Assembly (NCBI GenBank): GCA_902622845.1
Contig: CACNRI010000002.1
Location: 196,398 to 260,397, forward strand
Length of the DNA: 64,000 nucleotides
From: an uncultured SAR86 cluster bacterium
GTDB lineage: Bacteria; Pseudomonadota; Gammaproteobacteria; Magnimaribacterales; D2472
Direction: 5' to 3'
Shown: piece after piece, positions 31,209-40,875 of the stretch
Position numbering within the stretch: position 1 is the stretch's first letter
How the letters are laid out: every line of letters starts with the position of its first letter
The notes under the pieces: generated by a model
Told to the model about the DNA's origin: nothing
Database searches by the model: none
What the model saw: the letters and a program-made list of their open reading frames with translations, nothing else
Position numbers and translations under genes: made by a program

Positions 31209-31951
31209 TCTCGAATATATTTGAAGATTTCTTTTTCCGAAGGATTATCTAATCCAATTTTTTTTATGAGATGCATATTATCACTTAAGACATCACATCT
31301 TAAAAAAGGATTTGTTTTTTTTTCTAGCCCAATGGAAGAGGGAAGTGAGGAACCATGTTCTGTAAGAAGGTTGTCAATTTCAGTATTTCTCATTATTAGG
31401 TCATTATTTTTTGGTTCGACTTCAACTGAAAACAGTAGGTTGCTCTTTGTATACTCATGACCGCAATAGATTTGTGTGCTGTCTGGTAATTGCTTTAATT
31501 TATTAAGAGATTCAAACATTTGATCAAATGTACCTTCAAAAACTCTTCCACATCCACCAGCAAACAAGGTATCTCCGCAAAAGAGAATATTATTTTCCTC
31601 ATTATAAAAAGCTATGTGATCAAGAGTGTGGCCTGGAACCTCAATGATTTCAAATTTTATTCCCAGACTAGAAAGAGTATCTCCTTGAGTGACTTTTTCA
31701 TTTATTAGTTCGTAACTATTTTTAGGTCCATAAATAGATCCAGAAATTATATTTTCTAATTCAGGTACTCCAGCAGTATGATCAAAATGGTGATGGGTTA
31801 TAAAAATATCCCTTAAATTTTTATTGGTTTTACTTAAATAATCTAGAACAGGTTTCGCATCACCTGGGTCAACAACAGAAACCTCTTCATTAGTTTCAAG
31901 CAACCAAATATAATTATCAGTGAAGGCCTTTAATGGTTTAATATTAATCAC
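31190..31951 (-). CDS. gloB: Hydroxyacylglutathione hydrolase (glyoxalase II)
   Basis: [42 protein letters not shown]. Start reassigned to GTG 31951 (track: TTG 31957). Confidence 0.95.
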   Translation of the reverse strand: MINIKPLKAFTDNYIWLLETNEEVSVVDPGDAKPVLDYLSKTNKNLRDIFITHHHFDHTAGVPELENIISGSIYGPKNSYELINEKVTQGDTLSSLGIKFEIIEVPGHTLDHIAFYNEENNILFCGDTLFAGGCGRVFEGTFDQMFESLNKLKQLPDSTQIYCGHEYTKSNLLFSVEVEPKNNDLIMRNTEIDNLLTEHGSSLPSSIGLEKKTNPFLRCDVLSDNMHLIKKIGLDNPSEKEIFKYIREWKDSK

Positions 31952-31974
31952 ATGCAAATTTTACAACTAACGAG

Positions 31975-32406
31975 ATGAAAACTGTAATTATTTACACTGA
32001 TGGGGCTTGCAGAGGCAATCCTGGACCAGGAGGTTGGGGAGCGCTTATTGAGTATGGTGAATCAAGCAAACAGCTTTATGGAGGAAATATTTCTACTACC
32101 AATAATAAGATGGAGCTGACAGCAGCCATTATGGCTCTAAAAGAAATTAAAGAACCTTGTGAAATCATTCTTTATACAGACTCAAAATATGTTCTTCAGG
32201 GCATAGAAGAGTGGATATATAACTGGAAAAAAAGAGGTTGGAGAGGTGCAAATAAGAAACCAGTAAAAAATATTGATCTTTGGAAAGAATTAGATGAACT
32301 TAGAGATGAACATAATATAAAATGGAACTGGGTTAAGGGTCATTCTGGTGATCCAGGTAATGAAACCGCAGATATGCTCGCAAATAGAGGTATAGACGAA
32401 CTTTAA
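31975..32406 (+). CDS. rnhA: Ribonuclease HI
   Basis: [44 protein letters not shown]. Confidence 0.98.
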   Translation: MKTVIIYTDGACRGNPGPGGWGALIEYGESSKQLYGGNISTTNNKMELTAAIMALKEIKEPCEIILYTDSKYVLQGIEEWIYNWKKRGWRGANKKPVKNIDLWKELDELRDEHNIKWNWVKGHSGDPGNETADMLANRGIDEL

Positions 32407-32407
32407 A

Positions 32408-33121
32408 ATGGAAAAAAGACACATAGTGCTTGATACAGAAACTACTGGATTAGATGTCGAAAAAGGGCATAGAATTATTGAAATAGGCGGAGTTGTAATG
32501 AACGGTAGAAAAAAAACCGCTGAAACATTTCATGTATATATAAATCCACAAAGAGAAATTGATAAAGAAGCACAAGAAGTTCATGGTATTTCTAATGAAG
32601 ATCTCAAAGATAAGCCTATTTTTTCTGAAATTGCAGAGGATTTTTTAGAATTTATTCATGGCTCAACATTGGTAATTCATAACGCAGATTTTGATGTTGG
32701 TTTTTTAGATGCTGAATTTAAAATAGCATCGTCAACCTATCCATCAATTTCTGAGATTTGTGAAGTTAAAGATACACTTGCGATTGCAAGAAATAAGTTT
32801 CCAGGACAAAGGAATTCCCTCGATGCACTTTCAAAACGTTTTGACATCAATGGCTACGATAGAAGCTATCATGGAGCTTTACTAGATGCCAACATATTAG
32901 CTGATGTTTATTCAAACCTTACAGGCGGCCAAAGTAAAATTAATTTTGCGAATAACTTTGATGCTGATCTTCAGGAGGAAAATAAAAAACAAGCAAGAGA
33001 TTTTTCAAATGATTTCGAAATTACTAAGATTATTACTTCTGAAGAGGATCAACTCTTGCACTCTAAAAGACTTGAAGAGATTGAGAAAAAGATAGGTAAG
33101 AAAACACTATGGAATTCTTAA
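32408..33121 (+). CDS. dnaQ: DNA polymerase III epsilon subunit
   Basis: LDTETTG, HRIIEIG, HNADFD, HGALLDA.ILA.VY. Confidence 0.96.
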   Translation: MEKRHIVLDTETTGLDVEKGHRIIEIGGVVMNGRKKTAETFHVYINPQREIDKEAQEVHGISNEDLKDKPIFSEIAEDFLEFIHGSTLVIHNADFDVGFLDAEFKIASSTYPSISEICEVKDTLAIARNKFPGQRNSLDALSKRFDINGYDRSYHGALLDANILADVYSNLTGGQSKINFANNFDADLQEENKKQARDFSNDFEITKIITSEEDQLLHSKRLEEIEKKIGKKTLWNS

Positions 33122-34501
33122 ATGAAGGTAACTAGATTTGCTCCAAGTCCCACAGGCAATCTGCATATAGGAGGAGTTAGGACTGCTTTATTTAATTATG
33201 TATTTTCAAAGCAATCTGGTGGTTTATTCTTAATAAGGGTCGAGGATACTGACAGAGAAAGATCAAAGAAGGAATATGAAGAAGACATAATCTCTGGATT
33301 AGAATGGCTTGGTATATCTCCCGATAAAACACCGATAAGACAATCAGAGAGATCTGATATGTATCAAAAAGCTGCTGAAAAGCTCATTGACTCTGGAAAT
33401 GCTTATTGGTGCGACTGTTCTCCAGAAGATTTAGAAGAAATGCGTGAACAGCAAGCTGCCGCTGGTAAAAAACCAATGTATGACGGAAGAAGCAGAGACC
33501 TTGGCCTAAAAAAGTCATCAAAAACAGTTCTAAGACTAAAAACACCACTTGAAGGAGAAACGGTGGTATGTGATTTGATTCGAGGTGAAATAACTTTCAA
33601 AAATATTGAATTAGATGATCTTATTTTATTAAGAAGTGATGGGACTCCCACATATCATTTCTGCAATGTTGTCGATGATTTTGATCAGGGCGTGACTACA
33701 GTTATCAGAGGAGAGGATCATATAAGCAATACACCTAGACAGATTCATATCCAGAAAGCTTTAGGTTATCCAGATCTTGAGTATGCTCATTTACCATTAG
33801 TATTGGGTGAAGACAAAAAAAGACTTTCTAAAAGGCATGCTGCAACAAGCTTAAATGCTTATAAAGAAATGGGGTTTACGAAAGAAACAATTATTAACGC
33901 CTTAGCACTTCTTGGTTGGTCAACTGAAAATGAAATCTTTTCAATTGATGAACTAATAGAATCATTCAAGCTTGAAAATGTTCAAAAAGCTGCAGCAGTA
34001 TTTGATCTAAAAAGATTTAACTGGGTAAGTTCCCAACAATTAGCAAAACTAGATGAAGAAAGTTTTTTTGAGGTAATTAAACCATTTATGGAAGATGAAG
34101 ATATCAATGAAGATTTTCCAAATTATGAAAAGATTCTTCTTGCAATGAGAACCTCTAAAACAAATTTAAAAGACATAGCTCATGCAACAAGACCATTCTT
34201 TTTTGAATTAGATGGTTATGATGAAAAGGGTGTTAAGAAGTTTCTAAATGAATCTCATGAAACACTTATCTTTGCCCTAGAAGTTCTTACTAAACTGACT
34301 GAATGGAATGAGGCAGAATTAGATATGGCGCTTATAAAGGTTCGAGATTATTTTAATCTTCCTATTCCAAAGGTAAATCAACCAATGAGAATAGCTCTTG
34401 TTGGCTCTACTGTCTCTCCATCACTTGGTTTAACACTTGAGCTATTTGGGAAGGAAAAGTCATTAGAAAGGATACAAAAAGCAATAGATTTTATTAGTTA
34501 G
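33122..34501 (+). CDS. gltX: Glutamate--tRNA ligase
   Basis: RFAPSPTG.LHIGG (HIGH), VIRGEDH.SNT, KRLSKR (KMSKS). Confidence 0.97.
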   Translation: MKVTRFAPSPTGNLHIGGVRTALFNYVFSKQSGGLFLIRVEDTDRERSKKEYEEDIISGLEWLGISPDKTPIRQSERSDMYQKAAEKLIDSGNAYWCDCSPEDLEEMREQQAAAGKKPMYDGRSRDLGLKKSSKTVLRLKTPLEGETVVCDLIRGEITFKNIELDDLILLRSDGTPTYHFCNVVDDFDQGVTTVIRGEDHISNTPRQIHIQKALGYPDLEYAHLPLVLGEDKKRLSKRHAATSLNAYKEMGFTKETIINALALLGWSTENEIFSIDELIESFKLENVQKAAAVFDLKRFNWVSSQQLAKLDEESFFEVIKPFMEDEDINEDFPNYEKILLAMRTSKTNLKDIAHATRPFFFELDGYDEKGVKKFLNESHETLIFALEVLTKLTEWNEAELDMALIKVRDYFNLPIPKVNQPMRIALVGSTVSPSLGLTLELFGKEKSLERIQKAIDFIS

Positions 34502-36224
34502 ACTTTTCTATCGAAACTCCAGCATTTGGTCTCCTTAGATCAGCAAAACCATACTTAATTCCATCAATGATCTGAATTGATTGGGTGCTGCCGATAGTAT
34601 CTGACAATTTTAGTTGATGACCTATCTTGTCTAAAAGGTTTAAATTATCCTGACTTAATGTCGATTCAAAATCAAGATCGTCATATGGCCAATCTTTATG
34701 AATTCTAGGAAGCATAGTCGCATCACCCACATGTAAATCAAAATCTATAACACCTGTTACAACCCTCAGATTTGCAGCAGGTATTTGAGAACCCCCTGGA
34801 GATCCAGTAACTAGAGACAACTCACCTTTTTTATTGAATACCATTATGGGGTGCATTGTGCTCATAGGTCTTTTACCTGCTTCAAACCTGTTTCCAGGAC
34901 TAGAAGCTCTACTTATAGAGGATTTGTCACCATATTTGTATGCAAAATTCCTCATTTGATTATTCATTAAAATCCCCGTTCCAGGGATTGTCACTCCGGA
35001 CCCAAATGAATATCCCAAAGTATATGTGTTTGAAACAGCATTTCCATTTCGATCTACAACAGAGAAGTGAGTAGTATCTTTACTTTCTTCAACATGACTA
35101 TATTTTTGAATTGAAGATGCCTTTGAAGCTTTGTCGAAACTAATACTCTTAGTTAATTGTTTAGCCCTAGCTTTTGATATTAGCCCCTCAGTAGGCACGT
35201 CATAAAAATCTGGATCACCCACATGATGAGATCTATTGTTATGTCCTCTTCTTAATGCCTCAGCTAATAAATGGTAAGTTAATGAGGAATCTTTTCTATA
35301 TTTTCCAAGATTATAATAGCTAAGGATATTTAAAGCAGTTAGAAATGTTATTCCACCTCCTGATGGAGGTCCTTGAGTGTATACACTATACCCTCGGTAA
35401 TTAACTCCAATTGGATCTCTAAACTTTGAAATATATTTATTAAGATCATCGGCATCAATAAAGCCGCCATTTTCTGCCATAGAGGATTGAATTCTTTCAG
35501 CAACCCAACCACTATAGAATCCATCTTTCCCTTCTTTAGCTATCGCTTCAAAAGTATTTGCTAGATCAGGCCTTTTCATAAGAGAGCCAATAGCTACTGG
35601 TTTATTGTTATGAAAATAAATCTTTCTTGATTCGGGATCATCCTTAAGCTGATATGAGCTTCCAATAGCATTATGTAAGTCATAAGAAACAATAATCCCA
35701 TTTCTGGCTTGATCAATAACTGGCTGCAAAACTTTTTCAAGAGGAAGCTGTCCAAACCTCTCATGGGCTTCCAAGAGACCATATACAGTTCCAGGAACAG
35801 CAGATGCCATATAGCCATATTTAGTAAGATCATAATCATCATCTTGAATTTGTGCGGGAGATTTAGAGCCAAATAAATCTTCTAAATTTGAATTTAAAGA
35901 AGATCTACTTCTATAGTCAATTGAAAACAACTCTTTGGTTTCTTTAATGTAAACCAACATAAAACCGCCACCCCCGATATTTCCTGCTCTTGGAAGAGTT
36001 GTAGTTAAAGAGAATCCAACGGCTACAGCAGCATCCACTGCATTGCCTCCCGATTCCAAAATTATTGCTCCAATTTCTGATGATTCAATATTTTGAGACA
36101 CTACCATTCCATTTTCTGAAATTGTTGGATGGAAGGGCGATTTATAATCTAGGTATGCATCTAAATGAGCGTCATGTATTTGAAAAAGGAAAAGAAAAAG
36201 TACTATTTTCGTGAATTTCATCAA
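34494..36224 (-). CDS. ggt: Gamma-glutamyltransferase (secreted)
   Basis: Signal peptide; GGNAVDAAVA, GNIGGGGF, DTTHFSVVD (autocatalytic Thr), KRPMSTM, GSPGG. Confidence 0.93.
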   Translation of the reverse strand: MMKFTKIVLFLFLFQIHDAHLDAYLDYKSPFHPTISENGMVVSQNIESSEIGAIILESGGNAVDAAVAVGFSLTTTLPRAGNIGGGGFMLVYIKETKELFSIDYRSRSSLNSNLEDLFGSKSPAQIQDDDYDLTKYGYMASAVPGTVYGLLEAHERFGQLPLEKVLQPVIDQARNGIIVSYDLHNAIGSSYQLKDDPESRKIYFHNNKPVAIGSLMKRPDLANTFEAIAKEGKDGFYSGWVAERIQSSMAENGGFIDADDLNKYISKFRDPIGVNYRGYSVYTQGPPSGGGITFLTALNILSYYNLGKYRKDSSLTYHLLAEALRRGHNNRSHHVGDPDFYDVPTEGLISKARAKQLTKSISFDKASKASSIQKYSHVEESKDTTHFSVVDRNGNAVSNTYTLGYSFGSGVTIPGTGILMNNQMRNFAYKYGDKSSISRASSPGNRFEAGKRPMSTMHPIMVFNKKGELSLVTGSPGGSQIPAANLRVVTGVIDFDLHVGDATMLPRIHKDWPYDDLDFESTLSQDNLNLLDKIGHQLKLSDTIGSTQSIQIIDGIKYGFADLRRPNAGVSIEKSN

Positions 36225-37648
36225 AAAATAACTTTTGCGAAGTAGTATGCAAAAACCGTCACTACAAAAATGCCTGCAATGTTAATAAGGAACCCGGCAC
36301 GCATCATATCAATAATTTTAAATTTATTAGCACCATAAACAATTGCATTGGGTGGCGTTGCAACTGGAAGCATAAATGCGCAACTAGCAGCAAGCACCAC
36401 AGGAACTGTCAATACTTCTGGCGCAACACCAACAGCAACTGCAACTGCTCCAAAAACTGGCAAGAAGGTTGAGGTTGTAGCAACATTGCTTGTTACTTCA
36501 GTCAAAAATATTATTAGTGCAGCAACAGCCATGACTAGGATTACCAATGGAACTGTTTTGAGACTTATCAGACTTTGGCCAATCCAAAGACCTAAACCGG
36601 TGTCATTAATTTGGACGCCAAGAGACAGGCCTCCACCGAAAAGAAGTAACAAACCCCATGGGAGTTTGCTTGATTGCTCCCATGAAAGCAATTCTCCATT
36701 TCTTCCACTTGATGGGATTATAAAGAGAGCAATAGCAACTATAATTGCAATGCCAGCATCAGTAAGACCAATTACATAGTTATCAATTAGACTCCTGAAC
36801 ATCCACAAACCTGCAGCAATGAAGAAGACAATCCCAACTCTAAACTCATCTTTAGACATAGGACCCATATCAGTCAGCATTTTTGCAAGAGTATTCTTTG
36901 TTTCATTCGATGAAGCAAAATCCACTGGATATACAACTTTAGTAAGAATTATCCAAGCTAATGTAAGCATACAAATTGAAACTGGAACACCTAACTTCAT
37001 CCAATCAATCATAGAGATTTCTAATCCATAAACTTCTTGCATGAATGAACTAAAAACAATATTTGGCGCTGTGCCAACAAGCGTAGACATGCCTCCAATA
37101 GTTGCTGCATATGCAATAGAAAGTAGAAGAGCCTTATCAAAGTTACTTTTATCCTTTTCAGACATATTTGGAACAGTTTTTGCTACAACTGAACAAATCG
37201 CAAGACCAATTGGAAGTAGCATCAGAGTAGTAGATGTATTCATTACCCACATGCTAATTAAAGCAGAGACAAGCATGAATCCACCAATGAGTTTAGGTCC
37301 ATCTGAGCCAAGTCTTTTAATCATAATTAATGCAAGACGCTTGTGAAGACCTGATCTTTCAATTGCCAGGGCAATTAAGAACCCACCTAAAAAAAGATAG
37401 ATGTTTTTATTTGCATATGGAAGCGCTGCTGTTTCAATTGAAGTAACACCAAGAATCGGGAAAAGTGCAAGCGGCAATAAAGAGGTAACAGGTATTGGTA
37501 TAGCTTCTGTTGCCCACCAAGTAACCATTAATACCGCAACAGCTGCAACCAACCACGCACTTTCAGTTAAACCATTAGGTGAGGGCAATATGATAATTGC
37601 TAAAAAAAGAAATATACCAATCCAAAAACCTCTTTTTCTTAAAGCCAT
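36221..37648 (-). CDS. SLC13/DASS family Na+:anion symporter
   Basis: WWATEAIP, SMWVMNTSTT and TEVTSNVAT (SNT motifs), TLVGTAPN, FMLPVATPPNA. Confidence 0.9.
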   Translation of the reverse strand: MALRKRGFWIGIFLFLAIIILPSPNGLTESAWLVAAVAVLMVTWWATEAIPIPVTSLLPLALFPILGVTSIETAALPYANKNIYLFLGGFLIALAIERSGLHKRLALIMIKRLGSDGPKLIGGFMLVSALISMWVMNTSTTLMLLPIGLAICSVVAKTVPNMSEKDKSNFDKALLLSIAYAATIGGMSTLVGTAPNIVFSSFMQEVYGLEISMIDWMKLGVPVSICMLTLAWIILTKVVYPVDFASSNETKNTLAKMLTDMGPMSKDEFRVGIVFFIAAGLWMFRSLIDNYVIGLTDAGIAIIVAIALFIIPSSGRNGELLSWEQSSKLPWGLLLLFGGGLSLGVQINDTGLGLWIGQSLISLKTVPLVILVMAVAALIIFLTEVTSNVATTSTFLPVFGAVAVAVGVAPEVLTVPVVLAASCAFMLPVATPPNAIVYGANKFKIIDMMRAGFLINIAGIFVVTVFAYYFAKVIF

Positions 37649-37664
37649 AAATCAATTATAGGAT

Positions 37665-37692
37665 AAAAAAAGGGAGCATAAAGCTCCCTTTT
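37665..37692 (-). terminator. Intrinsic terminator of TonB receptor 1
   Basis: AAAAGGGAGC-ataaa-GCTCCCTTTT; 7-T tract on the minus strand. Confidence 0.85.
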
Positions 37693-37708
37693 GATAATTA
37701 ATGGGTTT

Positions 37709-40700
37709 TTAGAATTTCTGATAAAACTCTACAGAATAACTTCTTCCGTAGTCACTGTGAACGTCTCCTACAAAACCCCATGTATACTCATCAGCCAAAG
37801 GAGCTCGAGTATCCTCAAGGTTTCTGATTTGACCTCTTACTCTTAAACCATTCTTAAATCTGTATCCAAGAGTAAGATTAAGAGTCATCATTGATTCAAC
37901 TAACCAATTTTCTCCACAGTTGCCACCAGAATATGATGTTGTTCCAGAACACACATAATTGCCAGATGAGTCTTTTGCATTATTTGTAACAGCAAGTTCT
38001 CTGAAGCTAGCAATTTCTGTTCCTGATAGATATACATCAAATCCATTATGTTTCCATGCAAGACGCATAGAGTCTTTATATTCAGGATATGCTCTTCTAT
38101 CATATGTTCCAAGAAGATCGCCAAAGCCTGAAGGAGATATTAATCCTTCCAAAGCTCCACCAGGACCAGCAGCATCAAATAATTGCTGTGTTAATGCCCC
38201 AGCATCTTGCTCAAACGAATCAAACTGAACACTCATGAATTTAGCAGAGAAAGAACCATAATCAGTATCTACAGAATATTCAACAGCATAGTCTGTTCCT
38301 TCAAGTGTTCTATCATCTAAGTTCACATAAACATCTTCAACTCTTTGAACTGTTCCAACTTGACATAAGTTAGGATCCCAAGTTGCATTGTATGTTGGTG
38401 ATTCTGGATCATCATCAGGTATAAAGTCACCTCTAATAACAAATGGGTTACCAGTACACTCATTGACACCGCCATTAACTCTAATCAATGTATCTAAGAG
38501 CATATGATTTCTCTCACCAAAAAGTCCAACAACACTTTCTTGTTCAATTTGCCACTTGTCAATGGTGATAATCCAATTATCTCCAGGAGTAAGAACTAAT
38601 CCAATTGAAGCATTGGTTGATTCTTCACCCTCGAGAGCATCATTACCTTTTGCAACTCTTTGAATTGAATAATTCTCATAGTTTTCACCAATTGCTTTTG
38701 TGTACAGTGGATCTTCCTGAGAGTTATTCCTAACAACAAGACCCTCATTAACTGTTATAAGGTTTGGTGCTCTAAAAGATGTAGAGTTTGAAGTTCTTAA
38801 CTTGAACCAATTTGTTGGAGCATAACCTAATGCTAGTTTTCCAACAGTATTAGTTCCATAGTCATCAGCATTCTCAACTCTCACTGCAAACTGAGCATCT
38901 AAGTCCTCTAGCAGAGGAATTTGGGCTTCAGCAAATAGTGAAGTAACCACTCTATCTCCAGTAGTATTCGGTGATGGGCTACTATTTACAACATCTGAAA
39001 TATAAGGGAATGTTGATTGATTTGCTGCCTCTGGAGGTGTTGAGTAAACAATCGTACCATTAATTCTTGGATCCCTGAGGTCTTCCATTGACTCTGCTCT
39101 TACCTCAGCACCAACAAGAACAGCTACGTCTCCAGCAGGCATAGAATATACTGATGGATTAGACATCTTAATATCTGCCATATAAAGATCAGTATTGTTA
39201 TTTCTGAATATGCTTATTGTAAAAGGCTCTTCGTTGCTATTTACACCAGCATTGAATGGGTTATAAGCATTTGGTGTTGAGTCAGCCAGAGCTTCATTAA
39301 GTAAAGTCATACTTTGTCTTCCGTGGTTATCCATTTCAGAACTTGCTTTTGAAGCAACTAAGCCAGCATCCCAATCCCAATCGCCATAGGTTCCTCTGAA
39401 TCCTTGAACAACTCTCCATGTTTCTCTTGTTGAGTCCCAACTTCTCGGAGTATTAAATCTGAAGTATCTAAACCAAAGTTGATCACCTTCTTTATCAACA
39501 AATAGATCACCATTAGGTCTTTGAAGTTGATTTAACCAATAGTTAGTGGATGGAACTAAGATAGGTTGCGTGTTTCCTCCATTTTTAGAAGAAGAACCCA
39601 TACCTAAAGGTGCGCCACCATAAAGTTGCTTATTTGCAGTTGATTTGTAGTAACTTACTTCACTATAAGCTTCAACTCCATTATCAAGAGTTGTGTTGTA
39701 GAACATTACAAGATTATTTCTTAGAAGTGGTCCTCTTTTATCATATGTTTGACCATAGCTCGCTCTACTTTCTGCTCTTATTGAGCTTGAGTCATAAAGA
39801 CACATATGATCAAGTCCAGGAATATTATAAAGATTACTTGATGAGTTACTTAAACAGTTAGAATCATCAGGTCTATAGATTGTAAAAATATTGCTACCTT
39901 CATAGAATTGAGCCCAAACTGAACTGGCGCTTGCATTTCTCCATGTAGTGTCGTTGAATGCACCTAATCCTCCTTCATCAGGATCTGGCAACAATCTTCT
40001 TAGATCACCATCAGCCCATTTAGGATCCTCGATACCTCTGATTCTTTCTCTATCATATCTGTCAAAGTAAATAGAGAGATTTGAGCCATCGCTCATAGTC
40101 TGTCCCCATTGAATACTAACTTTATTATCTTTAGCATCAAAGCTGTCATACCAGTTTTGTCTCACTCGCATAGTTAGACCATCAAAGTCATCTTTGAGAA
40201 CAGTGTTTATGACCCCAGCAACAGCATCAGCTCCATAAATAGCAGAAGCACCATCACGAAGAATCTCAACTCGTTCAGCTCCGTAGACAGGAATAGTATT
40301 TGAATTAACGCTTGATACAGGAACGAAACTTCCACCAACCCACTCAGTAGCATAACCAGGTGATTGAACCAGTCTCCTTCCATTGAGAAGTGTAACAGTA
40401 TTACCTGTCCCAATATTTCTCAAATCCAGTGAACCAACATCACCCCTTGAAGCGTTATAACCCCCACTAAAGTCTGTTTGGTTAAAGTTATTATTACCAT
40501 TTTCAGCTAGATCTGCAAATAGTTCCTCACCAGACTCAACTGCTAAGCTTTCTATATCATCCGCAGTAATAACAGTTACAGGCAAAGAACCAGTAATTTT
40601 GGCTCCTTTAATTTGTGATCCAACAACAACAACCTCTTCAACATCAGACTCAGTTTCGTCTTGAGCAAAAAGAAATGCAGCTGGTAGTATAAGTAAAATT

Positions 40701-40723
40701 GAAAAAAGTTTAAGTAACTTCAT
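37709..40723 (-). CDS. TonB-dependent receptor (TBDR1)
   Basis: Signal peptide; EEVVVVGSQI TonB box; LRNIG.GNTVTLLNGRR plug; ERVEILRDGASAIYGADAVAGVIN; terminal Phe; GGGGG SD. Confidence 0.93.
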   Translation of the reverse strand: MKLLKLFSILLILPAAFLFAQDETESDVEEVVVVGSQIKGAKITGSLPVTVITADDIESLAVESGEELFADLAENGNNNFNQTDFSGGYNASRGDVGSLDLRNIGTGNTVTLLNGRRLVQSPGYATEWVGGSFVPVSSVNSNTIPVYGAERVEILRDGASAIYGADAVAGVINTVLKDDFDGLTMRVRQNWYDSFDAKDNKVSIQWGQTMSDGSNLSIYFDRYDRERIRGIEDPKWADGDLRRLLPDPDEGGLGAFNDTTWRNASASSVWAQFYEGSNIFTIYRPDDSNCLSNSSSNLYNIPGLDHMCLYDSSSIRAESRASYGQTYDKRGPLLRNNLVMFYNTTLDNGVEAYSEVSYYKSTANKQLYGGAPLGMGSSSKNGGNTQPILVPSTNYWLNQLQRPNGDLFVDKEGDQLWFRYFRFNTPRSWDSTRETWRVVQGFRGTYGDWDWDAGLVASKASSEMDNHGRQSMTLLNEALADSTPNAYNPFNAGVNSNEEPFTISIFRNNNTDLYMADIKMSNPSVYSMPAGDVAVLVGAEVRAESMEDLRDPRINGTIVYSTPPEAANQSTFPYISDVVNSSPSPNTTGDRVVTSLFAEAQIPLLEDLDAQFAVRVENADDYGTNTVGKLALGYAPTNWFKLRTSNSTSFRAPNLITVNEGLVVRNNSQEDPLYTKAIGENYENYSIQRVAKGNDALEGEESTNASIGLVLTPGDNWIITIDKWQIEQESVVGLFGERNHMLLDTLIRVNGGVNECTGNPFVIRGDFIPDDDPESPTYNATWDPNLCQVGTVQRVEDVYVNLDDRTLEGTDYAVEYSVDTDYGSFSAKFMSVQFDSFEQDAGALTQQLFDAAGPGGALEGLISPSGFGDLLGTYDRRAYPEYKDSMRLAWKHNGFDVYLSGTEIASFRELAVTNNAKDSSGNYVCSGTTSYSGGNCGENWLVESMMTLNLTLGYRFKNGLRVRGQIRNLEDTRAPLADEYTWGFVGDVHSDYGRSYSVEFYQKF

Positions 40724-40756
40724 ATTTCCCCCATTAATTTTCGTTAAAAATCCTTT

Positions 40757-40787
40757 ATTTTATAACTTAAATTGCCAGTTAAATCAA
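40757..40787 (-). promoter_or_regulatory. Putative sigma70 promoter of TBDR1
   Basis: Minus-strand TTGATT, 17 nt, TATAAA(AT). Confidence 0.45.
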
Positions 40788-40875
40788 ATAAGATAAACTT
40801 TTTAAATTGGGCAAATTTGCTAATAAGTAAGATACTTTGCGATGAATTTTAATCATCAAGAGGGTGTTAAAATTT

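Noticed and set aside
36348-36779. 143-aa Thr/Ala-rich plus-strand ORF, and similar shadow ORFs (8407-8697, 11036-11293, 25395-25715, 42369-42662, 43491-43868, 61022-61270, 61844-62218)
   Set aside because: All are antisense to well-supported genes, have compositions explained by the sense-strand codons, and show no recognisable motifs or start signals.
40765-40780. Sigma54 promoter (minus-strand TGGCA) upstream of TBDR1
   Set aside because: The -12 TTGC element is absent, and a sigma70-like TTGATT-17-TATAAA fits better.
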